The notes under the pieces were generated by a model. That model saw only the letters and a list, made by a program, of their open reading frames with translations, searched no databases and had not been told where the DNA came from. A DNA stretch of 64,000 nucleotides from Octopus sinensis (taxonomy: Eukaryota). This document shows, piece by piece, positions 51,591 through 63,966 of the stretch. Position 1 is the stretch's first letter. Each line of letters starts with the position of its first letter. The stretch spans positions 3,100,001 through 3,164,000 of the forward strand of contig NC_043006.1 of NCBI RefSeq assembly GCF_006345805.1. The letters are read 5' to 3'. The position numbers and the translations under genes were made by a program.

Positions 51591-53098
51591 CCACATACAT
51601 ATATGCGTGTTTGTGTGTTTGTCACCCGACACCGTCTGACAACCGGTGTTTATTTGCTTACGTTCCTGTAATTTAGTGGTTCGACACAAGTAACCAACTG
51701 ATTAACAGAAAAAAAAAATTAAGTACTGCATCGATTTGTTCAACCACAATCGTCAAGGTGGTGTCCCAGCATGGTCGCAATCCAATGACTAAGACAAACA
51801 AAACGTGTGTGTATGTAGGTATACGTGTGTAAATGATTTCTAACTGACACACCATCACGAATTTGGAGGTTGGGTAAAGTCGATTGAGTAATTCCCGACT
51901 TCAATCGAGCGCTCACCTTGGAAGGATGAAAGAAAAATTTTGAACTCAGTATGATTTGAACTCAAAACGCAGAAGCCCGTAACTAAATACTACTATGTAT
52001 TTTGTTCTGTTCTGGTGCTCTAACAGTTCTGCTAAACCACCTATGTAACGTGTTTAATATTAAAATTAGATATGTACATAAGTAGCGATCTGAGTTGTTG
52101 AGGCATGGCCAGATGTTACGCTTCAGTGATTTCTGTATTAGTGTGGTTCGAGTAAATATAAGAGCAGGATTTATCAAGTGAAAGAGTAGAGGTTTTGTGA
52201 GGGGAATTCGGTAAGTCGGTGAACTAACGATACATTGGTTACAGACAATAGTCTTTTGCTTTCTCTGCCAGCAGGGACGGCCGGTGGTGGTGGTGGTGGC
52301 GGTGGTGGTGGCGTAAGTGGTGATGGTGGGGGTACTGGTGACGTGATTGCGGCGGTGTTGGTAGTAATTGGAGTGTGTGCGCGTTTATGTATGTATATGT
52401 ATGTGTGTGTGTGTATGTGTGTTCTTTGCTGTTTATGTGGGGGTGAGCTCTGACGTACGCTCTAATGTTCACGCATACGTTTTGTATGTAGGTATGTATG
52501 TGGGTATTTGAGCGGGTAATTGCGTGTAGGTGGACGCCTGTGTGCTCGTATGTGCGTGCGTGCGTGTGTGTGTGGTTTTAGGTGCTATGCATAGTGGTGT
52601 ATGTTATGCTGTGTGGTACGGTGGTACTCGGTGTAGTGTGAGGTTCTGGTGGGCGGCGGCGGGTAGTGTGTGATGTGTAGTGCGGTAGGTGGCGTGTGGT
52701 GTGTGGTACATGATGCGGTAGGTGGCGTGCAGTGTGTGGTAAGAGAGACGGCGAGAAACAAGGTGAGAGAGAGAGAGAGAGAGATAGAGAGAGAAATGTA
52801 TTATATACGTACGCATACAGTGACATGCAAAGCTTTCATGTGTCTGAAGATGTATTTGTCCATGAGCTTGTGCGTGTGTATATGTGTGTGTATGTGAGTA
52901 TGCATGTGTACATGTGTGTGCGTTCGTGCGTGCGTATGTGTATGTGTGTACGTGTGTGTATGTGATACATGATATGCAATGCAATGCACAGTGAGTCTGT
53001 CTTATCACTCATGTATGTGGTATAATGTTGGCCTGTGAATTGGTGGGTGGCGCAGTTTGATGTGGTATTGCTGTGTGAAGAAGTAGTATGGTCTATAG

Positions 53099-53345
53099 CA
53101 TACTTGCGCAATCTGCGGCCCTCGACATATTGCTGTGCGGCCCACAACGAGCTTCTAGATTACTAATTTCATTCTATGACAAATAAACTTTCGTAATACG
53201 ACAAATGAAATTAAGAAGAACTGCAAAACATTCAGCGTAAAGTGGGTGAGTAATATTTCATGCCTATGACTTTTATTATGCGGCCCTCTCCCACTTGGAA
53301 ATGGTGCGATGCGGCCCCCAGTTGACGAAAAGTTGCCCATCCCTG
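53099..53345. mobile_element. hAT (Charlie-like) MITE
   Basis: Right TIR GTTGCCCATCCCTG, internal GCGGCCC repeats, 8-bp TSD GTCTATAG/GTTTATAG. Confidence 0.8.
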
Positions 53346-53424
53346 GTTTATAGTATCGGTAGGTGGTGTGGTGTAGCGCGGTGTAGTATTGCCGTGTTGT
53401 ATACTATTGCTCAGTGGAAAGGCA

Positions 53425-53850
53425 GTGAGCTTGGTAGAATCTTGGCAAAATGTTTAACGGCATTTCGTCCATCTTTATTTTCTGAGTTCGACTTCCGCCC
53501 GGGTCTACTTTGCATTTCCTCCTTTCAACGTCGACGAAATAAAGTACCATTTGGGCACTGGGGTCGATGTAATCGACTCTTCCACTCCTCAAAATTGCTG
53601 GCCTTGTGCCCAAATAAGAAAGGATTGTTATGTCAAACATAAGAAAGCGTTATTGTTAAGACGGTGGGCTAGTAGAATCTTTGACTGTGGAGGCAGGCAC
53701 CGGCGTGACCATGTGGTAATAAGCTTGCTTTTCAACCACATGGTTCTGGGTTCGACCCCACTGTGTAACATCTACTATAGCCTCGTGCCGACCAAAGCCT
53801 TGTGAGAGTATTTGGTAGACGGAAATTAAAAGCCCCTCGTTTCCTTTTTT
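53425..53850 (+). mobile_element. SINE B followed by SINE A head
   Basis: Homology to other copies. Confidence 0.75.
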
Positions 53851-54384
53851 ACTTTTTAAAGGCAGTAGATTGTATTTTAAAAGAAATTTGGCTAGAACTT
53901 TTGACAGGTCGAAGGACCACGATGTGTTCCACTTGCTGTCAGTTTCGGTTCTATAGAAGGAATTACAAATCCAAGCCATATTCTTCTTTGATCCAGCAAT
54001 TCTGACACAACTTAATTCGAGATCTGAAATTTTTAGCAATCGTAGATACATGCACAAGTTCAAACCGGTTGTACTTAATGAACTTCTTTGCAATCAGGGC
54101 AGACGAGGACCGTAATCCCTGATTTCGTTTCTTTTTCTCGCTCCATTTTTTGCACCAACTTTCTCCACGCTTTTCCCACGTTTATTCTTATTTACTTACT
54201 GACCAGCACCGTTGTTTTTTTTTTTTAATTATATATAATGCATAAACAGAGCCTGAAAGATTGCTTTAAGATACGTGGCGTATTTTATGAATATGCCCGT
54301 TCAAGTATCATAAGAGTATGAAACTATTAGTAGCTCTTTCGGTTGTGTATTTGATTTGACACACACACGCACACACACACATAC

Positions 54385-54417
<33 letters not shown>

Positions 54418-54492
54418 TACAAGATTGGGTTGTCTCTCCATTGCAAACTGTTTTCATACATATATACATACATATGTATATGCATATATATG

Positions 54493-54552
<60 letters not shown>

Positions 54553-54564
54553 GTATATATATAT

Positions 54565-54775
54565 ACTTCTGTCCGAAGTCAGTCACCATGATATATCGTT
54601 AGCCACTACACACATTTTTTTCTCTCCTTGTTTTTTTTCTGTGTCCCTTTCTGCAGAAGAGCGTAGGCTCGAAACGTAAAAGACTTTTTCTATTCCTGAA
54701 CGTTATACTAATACATGTGTTTGTTTTGTACACCACCTGTATTCGTCTCTTGTTTTCTTCGTAAACTCTCCCTAT
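54565..54775 (+). mobile_element. Putative Penelope-like terminal repeat with hammerhead-like motif, in (TA)n
   Basis: CTTT-CTGCAGA-A-GAGCGTAGGCTC-GAAACGTA-AAAG at 54647-54682. (TA)n on both sides. Confidence 0.55.
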
Positions 54776-54977
54776 ATATATATATATATATATATATGAA
54801 ATGGTATGTATAATTTGTATCGTATTTAGTGCATAGGACAGTGTTGTGTGTATTGGCAGTAGTACTGGAATAAATTTGTGTGTATTGGCAGTAGACTGGA
54901 ATAAATTGGTCTTTAAAACGGCTAATTAAAGCAGCAGACGTGTGTTTCGATCTTTTACATTCTCTTTCGGGAGTGAT

Positions 54978-55061
<84 letters not shown>

Positions 55062-55085
55062 AATATCTGTCTGTTTGTCTGCACG

Positions 55086-55141
<56 letters not shown>

Positions 55142-55436
55142 TATATAAGTGGGGGGAAGGTTGAGATATTATTATTTATTATTATGTATGTGCATGAGGG
55201 TATTATCAATGTTTGTGTGCGTGCGTATGCGTGTGCGTGTGTGTGTGTTTGTGTGTGTGGTGTGTGTGTGTGTGTGTGTGTCATGCTGCGATCCGTGACG
55301 TGCTCGTGCGTATGTGATTGCTTACATATCTATTTATCTGCCACGATGAGATGTGTGGCGTGCGCACCGATGTGTGTGCGTGAGTACGTGTGTGTATATC
55401 TGTGGCGTGTGTTCATGCGTGCGTGCATTCGTGTGT

Positions 55437-55479
<43 letters not shown>

Positions 55480-55694
55480 AAATGTGTGACTGTGTATTGT
55501 TGCGTGATTAAGCGGGTGCGGTCATTAAATGGTGGATGTATGCATAACAAGTTAATGACAGAGAGAGTGATAAGCAAAGAAGAGGGGGGGGCGAGGGGTG
55601 CAGTCAGAGCAAAACAGAAAAGGGAATTATAGTTGCCTCCCTCTCTATCTCCCTTTCTTGCACATGCACGCACACACACACACACAACCCACAC

Positions 55695-55730
<36 letters not shown>

Positions 55731-56086
55731 ATACACACACACACGCAAACATGCTCGCAGTTCCCCTCCTCCTCTCATTCTACGTATGTTTGTTATAAAA
55801 TAACGTCGCCCAATGCTTCTAGTTCTAATACCAACTCATACTATCACACACACACACACACATACGTACGCATAAAATAATGCATAGATACACACACAGT
55901 CTTCTATCGCTCATTTCCACCCTCTCTCTCTCTCTCTCTCTTTCTCTCCCCTTCTCTCTCTGTCTTTGTCTCTGTCTGTCTCCACATCTGACTATCTTTC
56001 TCCAAACTACATTTTCGCTTTTATCACGTCAATCTGACGTATCAGCCCGAGCCCTACGGAAACTACATTTAGAAACACACACACAC

Positions 56087-56123
<37 letters not shown>

Positions 56124-56182
56124 CGCACACACACACACAAACACACACACACAGACTCACACATGAACATACACATACGCAC

Positions 56183-56217
<35 letters not shown>

Positions 56218-56699
56218 CACACATGTACACCGATAAAATATTGTCTGCTTCCTGTCCTATGCACTGAGTCTCCTTGCCTTCCGGTTTAGTAATACAATCA
56301 CAAACATGCAGTTGTACACCTACCTCTACCTATCTCTTACTACCTTACCTACCGATTCCTTCTCTGATCTGTGTGTCTGTGTGTGTATGTATGTATATAT
56401 ATATACACACACAAACATGCATACATATCTTTGTGAGGGCGTGTGGCCACGCGATTAGATGTTTCACTCACGATCGCAAGATCCTGGTTTCGATCACCAG
56501 ACGAGGCGGCGCGCTGTTTTTATGAGCAAAACACTTCCCTTCACGTCGCTCTGCGATGATTTCGCTTACCCTAACTCTACTCCACTGAGTCGTGCTTTGT
56601 GCATTGCGTCGCTACACCCAAGCCTTTTCGCCAAACTGAACGGACGCAGGTCCTTCCGCTTGAGACGTTGAGAGTACTTCGCTCGGCTGCCTCTATTCA

Positions 56700-57620
56700 T
56701 ATCTAAACACCCCCCCCCCCCCGCAGCTTGTCTTGTTCTGGATGACTTGTTCTATCAACAGACTGCATCAACAAGATATGGCGTTGTGTAATGTGATACT
56801 CCCCGTTTCAACATCCCCGTTTCCATTCGGCCTCTATTTAGCTCTGGAAAGGCATATGACGTTTTTTGCTATCGAACGTTTCCGCCAGCAGCCTTGAACA
56901 AAATGCAGAGCTGTTTTTCGTTCATTAACTCATCCAACGGTCACCTTCTTCGCTCCTTTCCACCAGCCTCAGAGGCTTTGTAAAATGTCGTGGGTACAAC
57001 CTTTCCTCCAGACAAAATAAAAATAAAAATCCATGTTTTTCTTTTTCTTCCAGATGTAGTGCATCTTGTACGATATTATTTCTGTTGTAGCTCCAATCTT
57101 GATTTCTCTCCATATCGCCATCATCCCTGGTTCATAGTCGATCATCGAGAGCTACAATCTTCCCTAGTAGTGCGTCACGTTAATTGCTAGCCTCTTGCAG
57201 TTTTTCTCCACCCGAATCATTTCCGTCTCATTCACACACGGTGCATGGGTCAACGGATTGACTTCTGTCACATCTTCCCACCACCTTCTGGATGTTCTTC
57301 CAGGTGACATCAGAATAAATTTTCTGTCCGAAAGCAGATCATCCGTAGCAGTGCGTCGCACCAACTGCGAGCCTCTTGCAGTTTTTCTCCACCCGAATCA
57401 CTCCCGGCTCATGCACACACGGTGAAAGGGTCCAACGGGTTGACTTCTGTCACAGCGCCCGACCACCGTCCTCATACTCTTCCTGGTGACATCAGAATCA
57501 ACATTTCTGTCCCAAACAGGGTCCTGTTCCCTCCCATATGATACCTATGTGCAACCTCCTCAGCCCAGTCTCCTCCGCCGACGCATTGTAGCCACCTTCT
57601 CTGCCAGTGCTGATAATTTT
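56700..57620 (-). mobile_element. Degenerate Gypsy-like LTR retrotransposon integrase fragment
   Basis: HRYHMGGNRTLF..VTRKSMRTVVGRCDRSQ (HHCC remnant), KRLAINVTHY*GRL*LSMID..AIWREIK, PLDEL, RAK*RPNGNGDVE. Confidence 0.75.
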
Positions 57621-57889
57621 AATAAATCGTGAATTCATTTTGTATGATATTTTGTAGACCCTTATTCATTTTTGTCGCTCAAATTCGTGCCCCTGGCCTC
57701 CCTCAGCTATTTCTCTTGGCCCATTTTCGTTTCATTCATAAATGTATTCACTCTCTCACACGGAGACGCACACAGAGTCACGCACGCACTCATACACGTA
57801 CACACATCTATTTATTTTAGTTCATATCGTAGATTATGAACAATAATGTCATTGATTAGTGTTAAACACGGGCCAATATGTATGTATGC

Positions 57890-57974
<85 letters not shown>

Positions 57975-57997
57975 ATGTGTATTTTATATACATACAT

Positions 57998-58047
<50 letters not shown>

Positions 58048-58321
58048 TATATATATATTATATATATATAATATATGTATATGTATATATAAACGGACAA
58101 ATCTGTCTATACATTATACACATACATACACACATAAACGCACACACACACACACACGCACATTATGCGTGGCTTTTCGTAGAATTTCCATACATCAAAT
58201 TATTCAACAAATTTGTCTTATTTGGCACATTAGCAATGTGACCCGCTGAGGTATCAAACTTGAAACCACCTTCTTACGAAGCGAACATGTTTACCACACT
58301 GCCACGCTTGTATCCACATGA

Positions 58322-58365
<44 letters not shown>

Positions 58366-58425
58366 GTATGTATTGATTAAGTCTTTCCTTGTTTGTTTTG
58401 CAAAATAGTGGTTTTGTCTCTAATA

Positions 58426-58471
<46 letters not shown>

Positions 58472-58986
58472 CATACATATATGGTACATGTGTGCATATT
58501 TGATTTACTTCTCTTATCTCTGTGTATTATACTTGGAAACATTTCCAACTTGCTAATGTTGAGTTTATTACATATCACCTGCTAGGAGTGTGTATGTGTG
58601 TGTGTGTGTAAGCCTGAAAAGATGGTGCATTGTCTATCGCCCTCTCTGTTTGTTAAAGCTGACCCATAGCCGAAAGTATTCCTGGTATGAGCATCGACAT
58701 GGTGACAAGAATGAGTCATCGTTCGGTGATTGGACGTTCTATCATCGGAGAGCAGAACTTGCGGTATTTGTTTTGACGCCCGGCGCTTTACGTTCAAATC
58801 CCACGGAGGTCATGTTTTTCCTTTCCTCGTTTCGGGAATCGGAGAAAAAATATCAATAGGAGGTAACTGTTAGATGCCTTGCTATATCTATTCCGGGTTC
58901 ACGGCTTTTTCTATGAGTTGAAATTTCGCCGTAGTCGTTTTGGTGGTAAATTTACCAGTCACTCGATTTAACACCCCCCCTAGTAC

Positions 58987-60300
58987 CTTGGGCTCTTTCA
59001 GTCCAGTCCATTCTTTTAGAAGCATTCGTGCCAGGTCTCCGATTTCACCGAACATTCCTCGGTCCCTTTCACCAGCCTCAGAGAACTTGTAAAATGTCAT
59101 CGGTACTATCTTCCTTCGAGACTGAAAAAGAAAAAAGTCAGTCAATTAAGATCCCTCATATAGGAAAGCCATTAGTATTCCCAGGTCTATTGTGATCTGA
59201 AATAGTAGCACCTATCAGGGTCCCAGCTATAGGTTAATTAACCTATTAGGGCTTACCTGACTTTGCATGTGAAGATTAGACGCAGACGATTCTGCAGAAG
59301 AACGTTCATGGTTGAACGGAGCGGAAGTTGGATACAGCGATGCATTGTGGAATGCTGAAGAAAGAGGAGGCAAATATGACGTCTTGGTCCTTCATTGCTT
59401 CCGTTTCCATCCCCAGTCGTCTCCACCTGTTCTTGCCACTGGATCGAAAATAGTCACAAACGAGACGTGGCGTAACTCTTTACTGTAAACAAAATCACCG
59501 CGCGAGTCATGAGTCATCCGTAAGGTTGGTCTTTATCCTTCCGACAGACGAACATATTACCAGAGTGTCCATACATGTCCATTTAAAGTAGTGCATCTTT
59601 TGTAGTGTTTAGTGTCACATGACAAAAGCCTGCTTCGTTTACAGCTTCATTGTGTCGTGTAAGAAATCATTTTACATAAAGATTTTTTTAAAGATTTTCT
59701 TTCTAAATTTTTTATTTAGCAATTAGCTTTATTCGATTTTAATTTAGAATATTTAACAAACATTGCCAAACTTTCTTCGGTCTAGATTGGTATTTCTCAG
59801 TTATCTCTATTCTCTTTGAAAACGTTGGTGATATTGATTCTTTAATCCGGTCAGGAGTGGGATTTCCTTTAGGGATGACAATGTTTTGTTTTCGTTATAA
59901 AGCCATAGCTTGTGGAAAGATAATACTTTTTTTTCCTCATGAATGATCCTTTCCTAGTGAGTCTGAAACACCTTAGCGGCTGATGTGAGAATCAGATGCC
60001 ATTCTAAGATCTCTCAACTGATAACATCCTATTTTCAAACGCTGTTTACTTTTCTTACTTCACAGAGTTCTAAGTAAATTTCTTCCACCGAGTTTCATAT
60101 AATGGAACTTTGTTTCCTTACCTGGTTTCTTCGTTAATATCAACAGAAAGCTTACAGCTCTGTTTCATGATTTGATGTGAAATCTCTACTTTCGATCTAC
60201 TCCTGTTGATATAAAATAACTATATTGTTTCTGGGTATTTTGCTGTCTTTTCAGATACCTTAAAGACAATTTATTCGATAAGATCATACGCCATTTCTTT
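58987..60300 (-). CDS. Candidate multi-exon coding region of unknown product (exons about 60300-60259, 60202-60122, 59482-59427, 59354-59257, 59121-58987)
   Basis: GT/AG boundaries, including CAG|GTAAGG and CAG|GTAAGC donors and TTTTTCAG acceptor. Open frames are phase-compatible across four joins. Confidence 0.35.
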
Positions 60301-61189
60301 TTATTCTTTTTGTGAGAAATAAAAATATAAAAATTATAAGTTCAATGTTAGACTGGATAAGACTTTTCGGATATTAACTCAAAAGATATCCAAATTTTTT
60401 ACCTTAAAGCTATATTTTTAATTTGCATTGGAATTGCCGCTTTAAGCAACACAAACGATGAAACGATCTGTTACTCTGTACACATATAAAGACAAACATT
60501 TGTCTTCCTATCTGTCTGTGTATCTGCTTGCCTGTCTGCTTGCATTCCTGCCTGCTTGTCTGCCTGTCCGTCTTTCTTTCAGTTTACAATGTGCGCAATA
60601 TGTTCACATGCATATTTATACAAATATGTATACAAAGCGTGCACGTACACTTAAGCACAAACACATACAAGCACACACACAGGCGCACACACATACACTC
60701 AAGCATACATTCATATAAGAAGGAAGAAAAATTTATGAAGTTCCTCACGAAAAAGTGCCTCTTCTTAGGAGAGCCTGGATTTCACGTCTGTCTCAAGTGG
60801 GAATTGGAAGTAAATGACCGCCGAGAAAGCCAACACCAGACAAGAGGTGTTGTGTGCTAGTTGAGGAAGATAAGGAGATAAGAGGGTAACCACATGAAAC
60901 TTTAAAACGATAAATGGCTGAAAAAAAGAAAAAAATCTGCAGCGTGCATCAAGAGCACGAGCAGCATTCCGGGGTAGTTGGAGGTTTCGTACTTATATCA
61001 AGAACAAGAAAAATTCAGAGGTAGGCGCAGGAATGGCTGTGTGGTAAGTAGCTTTGCTTACCAACCACATGGTTCCGGGTTCAGTCCCACTGCGTGGCAC
61101 CTTGGGCAAGTGTCTTCTACTATAGCCTCGGGCCGACCAAAACCTTTTGAGTGGATTTGGTAGACGGAAACTGAAAGAAACCCGTCGTA

Positions 61190-61226
<37 letters not shown>

Positions 61227-61328
61227 TCAGGGTGAATACTTGATAGTTGTAAGCACCTGTATATACCATTTAGTGGTGTAGGTGATAGAGTATATTTATC
61301 AAAATAAAAACATGATTCAAAGGATTTA

Positions 61329-61406
61329 GCAGTACATATGTGTCGGGCCTTTATTAGACGGTTTTATAACAATGTATAATGTGTGTCTATGGCCTTCTTC
61401 AGCCGC
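61329..61406 (-). ncRNA. Type-I hammerhead ribozyme-like motif (degenerate)
   Basis: GCGG-CUGAAGA-AGGCC..40 nt..GGCCC-GACA-CAUAUGU-A-CUGC. Two substitutions from canonical. Confidence 0.6.
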
Positions 61407-61664
61407 GTACAATTACTAGTTCAAGGACATGTATTACGTTATAAGTTTTACGTTGGGGATGCAAATCCTCATAGTCGCGTACGACAGAGTGGGGCACCAG
61501 CACAAAATCGAAGCGTCCATCCTGTCTTTCACTCGATGTAGAATGAGGAAGTTTGGATGTTGAGATAGAGAGGGAAGGGGTTGGGGGGTTGAATCTTCAG
61601 TGAGTTAGGGATCACAAAGGGGGAGTGAAAGAGTAAAAGATTACAAAAGAGTAAACATTTAAAA

Positions 61665-61765
61665 AAAATATATAAAAAAGATATAAGAATATAAAAAAGA
61701 TATAAGAATATAAAAAAATATATAAGAATATAAAAAATATATATAAGAATATAAAAAAAGTATCT
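61665..61765. repeat. About 19-bp minisatellite (AAAAAAGATATAAGAATAT), 4-5 copies
   Basis: Directly visible. Confidence 0.85.
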
Positions 61766-62542
61766 GAGTATATAAATATATAAATATATATACATAAATA
61801 CACACGGACGTGAAAAAAAAACATGGTAATATAAATAAATAGAGATATAGATAAAGAGGCGAAAATTAAGGACGAAAAAAATAATAAGGATAAGAAAATA
61901 AAAGACTATATAAGGGGATGTATGTATATGTATGTGTGTGTTTGTCCCGCTAGCATTGCTTGAAAACCGATGCTGGTGTGTTTATGTCCCCGTAACTTAG
62001 CGGTTCATCAAAAGAGACCGATAAAATAAGTACTAGGCCAGGATGGCCGCAATCAAACGACTGAAACAAGTAAAAGAGTAAAGAGAGAGAGAGAGAGAGA
62101 GTTTTGGTGAGAACCAGTTTCTAGAAGATCAAATCGAAAAAAGGTTAGTCGGAGAGTGGTTTTAATACTTTGCACGCCGTACGAGGCACGTGACCTACTG
62201 GTTAGGACGCTGCATTCACGACTGCACGATCGTGGTTTCAATTCTCGAAACGGGCGGAGCAAAACAATTTCCGGAGCAAAACACTCTTTTGCCGGAACAA
62301 AAACACATTTTTCGGGAGCAAAATACGTATTTTCCCGTTGTTCCGGTCCAGTCAACTGTAAATAAATAAATCTACGACGAACCGGCGTCCCATCCAGGAA
62401 GGGTGCTGTGAGCTCGGTCCCTTATTCGCCATGGAAACCGACGACTAGGCTCGGGATAATAACATCCCGGAAAGCTTACTTAGCTTTCCTTTTTTGTATC
62501 GACTACGAGTTATATGAAGTAGAGAAAAGTAAAGTTCTTTTC

Positions 62543-62756
62543 GAGTTTTCCCAGTTTCCATGGCATTAGTATTCCCCAGCTAGATGGGACTCTGGTCCTT
62601 GACAGAATTACTCATTTTTGTCAACTGAGTGAACTGGAGCAACGTGAAATGAAGTGTTTTGCTCAAGAACACAATGCATTGCCCGCTCCAAGGATCGAAA
62701 CTGCAATCTTATGATCATGAGTCCAACACCCTAACCACTAAGCCACGCGCCTCCAC
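62543..62756 (-). mobile_element. tRNA-derived SINE family D
   Basis: Head GTGGAGGCGCGTGGCTTAGTGGTTAGGG..GTTTCGATCC, TTCTTGAGCAAAACAC. Confidence 0.85.
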
Positions 62757-62974
62757 CGCGTTACATGAGTCGTTTTATTTTGTTGGGTGGTGTTTGTGCT
62801 TCGTTTCTGCCGTATCCTTGATGTCGTATGTCCTAGTAATGTGGTGTCTAGTTTGTGCAGCATTGATAGGTTTCAGCTGTCAAAATATAAGCTGTCGGTG
62901 CGATAGATTCAGGTAGGGATTTCGTACGAGTATCTACCGTCTCATTTGATGGTGATTGTAATTTTAAAAAATGA

Positions 62975-63324
62975 GGACAAGAGTAAAGACCCCCTTTGGT
63001 CATGAATGACCATGGGATTGAACCTAGAAAGTTTCTCCCCACGGCACAAATCTGGTCAAGGTTGTTTTTTTTATGGAAGACCAGCAGTCGCCCATACATA
63101 CCGGCCTCTCCTCTCCACCACGCCACCGATGTTATCCAAGGCAAAGGGGCCGACACAGCTTGGCACCTGTGACGTCGCAACTCATTTCTACAGCTGAATG
63201 AACTGGAGCCACGTGAATTAAATTGTCTTGCTCAAGAACACAACACGCAGCCCGGTCAGGGAATCGAACTCACTACCTTATGATTGTGAGCCCGACGCTC
63301 TAACCACTGAGCCATGCGCCTTCA
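62975..63324 (-). mobile_element. SINE family D, full length, with probable RTE-like tail
   Basis: tRNA-like head at 63324. The 3' end TCTAGGTTCAATCCCATGGTCATTCATGACC resembles RTE 3' ends as recalled. Confidence 0.75.
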
Positions 63325-63402
63325 TATGCGCTTTGGCAGTTGATCATATAAATCCTGTGTTAAGTGAACAGTGGGATTCTGTCGGGCGCTTATTGTATAG
63401 GG

Positions 63403-63653
63403 TAGTGGTCCTCAACCCTTTTTTGCTTGTAGAACCCTTTGGTTCCTCTTTTATTCTACCTGAAACCCACAACCATTCCATGTTTAAGAAATCCCATTTT
63501 ATTTTCATAATTAAATATTAATAGGAATCGTATTTAAAAATGTTAAAATACTGTTTGTATCATAGAAGTATAAACAATTGGTTGCACAAAAGTTTAAACG
63601 GAAAAATCCAACATGGTCCCCAGGATCATATGGATCTCGGTTGAGAACTATTG
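63403..63653. mobile_element. hAT MITE
   Basis: TIRs TAGTGGTCCTCAACC / GGTTGAGAACTATTG; imperfect 8-bp TSD GTATAGGG/CTATAGAG. Confidence 0.75.
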
Positions 63654-63792
63654 CTATAGAGTATGTGCTCTGTGCCTAGCAGTGCCATCTTCTGGACGTT
63701 GAACAACATTATGAGCCCCACTGTGGCTTTCTTTGATATTTGTTTTTGCATAAATAATCTTAAAATCAAAACTAAGGCTCAAATTATTACGG

Positions 63793-63796
<4 letters not shown>

Positions 63797-63845
<49 letters not shown>

Positions 63846-63887
63846 TTTCTTTCTTTCTTTCTTTCTTCTTCTTCTTCTTCTTCTTCT

Positions 63888-63920
<33 letters not shown>

Positions 63921-63921
63921 C

Positions 63922-63966
<45 letters not shown>

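Larger units (their letters stand above)
61020..62085 (+). mobile_element. SINE A split by a hammerhead-bearing insertion (head 61020-61195, tail 61915-62085)
   Basis: The two halves are collinear with intact A copies; the insert sits in the internal TA/TG linker. Confidence 0.8.

Noticed and set aside
59355-59482. In-frame TGA as selenocysteine
   Set aside because: No SECIS element or selenoprotein motif recognised; an intron or nonsense mutation is simpler.
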